Part shown: positions 62,501-64,000 of the stretch, piece by piece
How positions within the stretch are numbered: the first letter of the stretch is position 1
Layout of the letters: each line of letters opens with the position of its first letter
Assembly: GCA_011109175.1 (NCBI GenBank)
Contig: RDEW01000003.1
Span: 1,311,528-1,375,527, forward strand
Direction: 5' to 3'
Source: Dicyema japonicum
Taxonomy: Eukaryota > Animalia > Dicyemida
DNA length: 64,000 nucleotides
The notes under the pieces: generated by a model
What the model was told of the DNA's origin: nothing
The model's database searches: none
Seen by the model: only the letters and a program-made list of their open reading frames with translations
Program-made: the position numbers and the translations under genes

Positions 62501-64000
62501 GAAAACATTTTCCTACAATTTCGGAATTCTTAGTTTGACACTATTATGTCACATGGGCACGCGATATCTATAGGCAGCCAGTTATATTAACTTTAAACAC
62601 AGATAAACTTGATTTTATTCATAAAAACCAATATTATTTGGTTTTCCAAACGCACCTATTCCAAATGATCAAATTCGTTAAAATAATTCATATGAAAATT
62701 GGTATCACCAGGAATTCTATAAAGAAAATTTGGTATTACCAGAAATTTTTTGAAGTCCACAAACCGTAATTATAACAGCCTTTTCATGAGAGCCATAATA
62801 TTTATAATTCCGCATAGGCAGGACACACTTTATTTAAGTAAAAAAGTTAATTTTACTAATCGTAGAACCAAAAAATGATTTTCACTTTTTTTTTTCTTGT
62901 TTGTGGGTCCTTCTAGACAATCCAGTTCCTCAGTGAGTTTCCACTGATGACGGCGTCGCTCGTCAAGCTTCTTCAGCATCGTAGATTCGTTGAATTTTTT
63001 ACCAGGTGAACATCAGCGAGATTCGAACCCTTAACCAAAGCCACATTAGCCCGACACTTAACCACTATGCCATCCGGATACAAACCCTCCATATTCAAAA
63101 AACCAATCAAAATATTCAGTAGTAATTTTATACTCTTTGATAATGAAAAATGTAACCAGCAAAGGTAAGTATGTGACTTTCCGTGTTCAAAGTCTTCCAC
63201 ATGAATCATCCAAACATTCTTAGCTATATTTTAAAAATACAGCAAATAAATTGTTTTTAGTGTGCTTATATAATAGTGGCTGAGCATTTCAAAAAATCAA
63301 AATCACAAGATCAGTCCATACATAATTGACGATCAGTCCAACAAAATGAATTAACATTTTACATGAAAACAGGTCAAACTCACCATTTAACAGTCTCCCG
63401 ACAATAGTTAAAGTATGCTAATCTGTAAATTAGGTCATAAATTTCTACAATATGATCTTCCTTAATACATGTAAACTGATTTGAGTCCACATCGAGCTTG
63501 ATTCGTCACAGTCCCCTTTCCTCTACATCCTTTCAAATATGGATAACCAAGACCACAATGTCAGAGGGAATCTTGTTTCAGAATTACCAAGACTTTCTTC
63601 GATGGTCCTTCGAAGAATTGAACTTTCTTGGTTCAATCACCCCTACATTTAATGAACAGTCAGAAGGGAACCGTTTGTGTATAATTCCGTCAATTTGGGC
63701 ATTTTTCAACCCATGATTCGATGATTGATATCCAGAAATTGTTTAATAATACGTCTCCCAACAACCATACAAGAGGAATGCCTATTCTTGGAAAATTATA
63801 AAACTTTTGCAATTCTGAATGAATAATTCTCTGTATTTACAAAAATCGAGGATTATCTTTTAAACAGGCTAAATGATTCAAGAGTGTCCCACAAATTTCA
63901 CCCAACTTAATCTTAGCAAATCGTCTCCATAAGCAAAACGCGGGGTAAATTTTCTTAAGTTTTCAATTCAAGTTGAGTGGATTTGTTTAAAGGCAGAAAC

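Overview
AT-rich eukaryotic draft-assembly sequence with three large N-gaps and several single-N junctions flanked by duplicated sequence. It is metazoan by inference: it carries a long-form PDE4 with UCR1/UCR2. Almost every intron is a 21-27 nt GT-AG microintron, which points to a highly reduced parasitic animal such as a dicyemid or possibly a myxozoan (inference). The ORF track therefore fragments nearly all real genes. Manual splicing recovers EME1, a CNOT2-like gene, GTF3C3 (partial), a LicD/FKRP-like 3' end, a WD40 gene (partial), MOB2, PDE4, MRPL20, TPR/Megator (about 40 introns) and two disrupted LAMP-like genes. Between them lie many decayed RTE-like, I/ingi-like and CRE-like LINE pieces, MULE, Tigger/pogo and hAT relics, and intron-bearing pseudogene debris. 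The most interesting observations are: (1) two intact paralogous 56-aa secreted peptide genes missed by the ORF track, whose 8 differing codons all change the amino acid; (2) a TATATA box exactly 29 nt before the ATG in five secreted-type ORFs from three unrelated families, suggesting near-leaderless mRNAs; (3) a tandem family of secreted proteins with 39-aa and 38-aa repeats; (4) a strong excess of CACGTG, often inside longer palindromes; (5) recurrent, almost pure-AT islands roughly every 1-3 kb. All gene models and counts were made by eye and need RNA-seq or computational confirmation.
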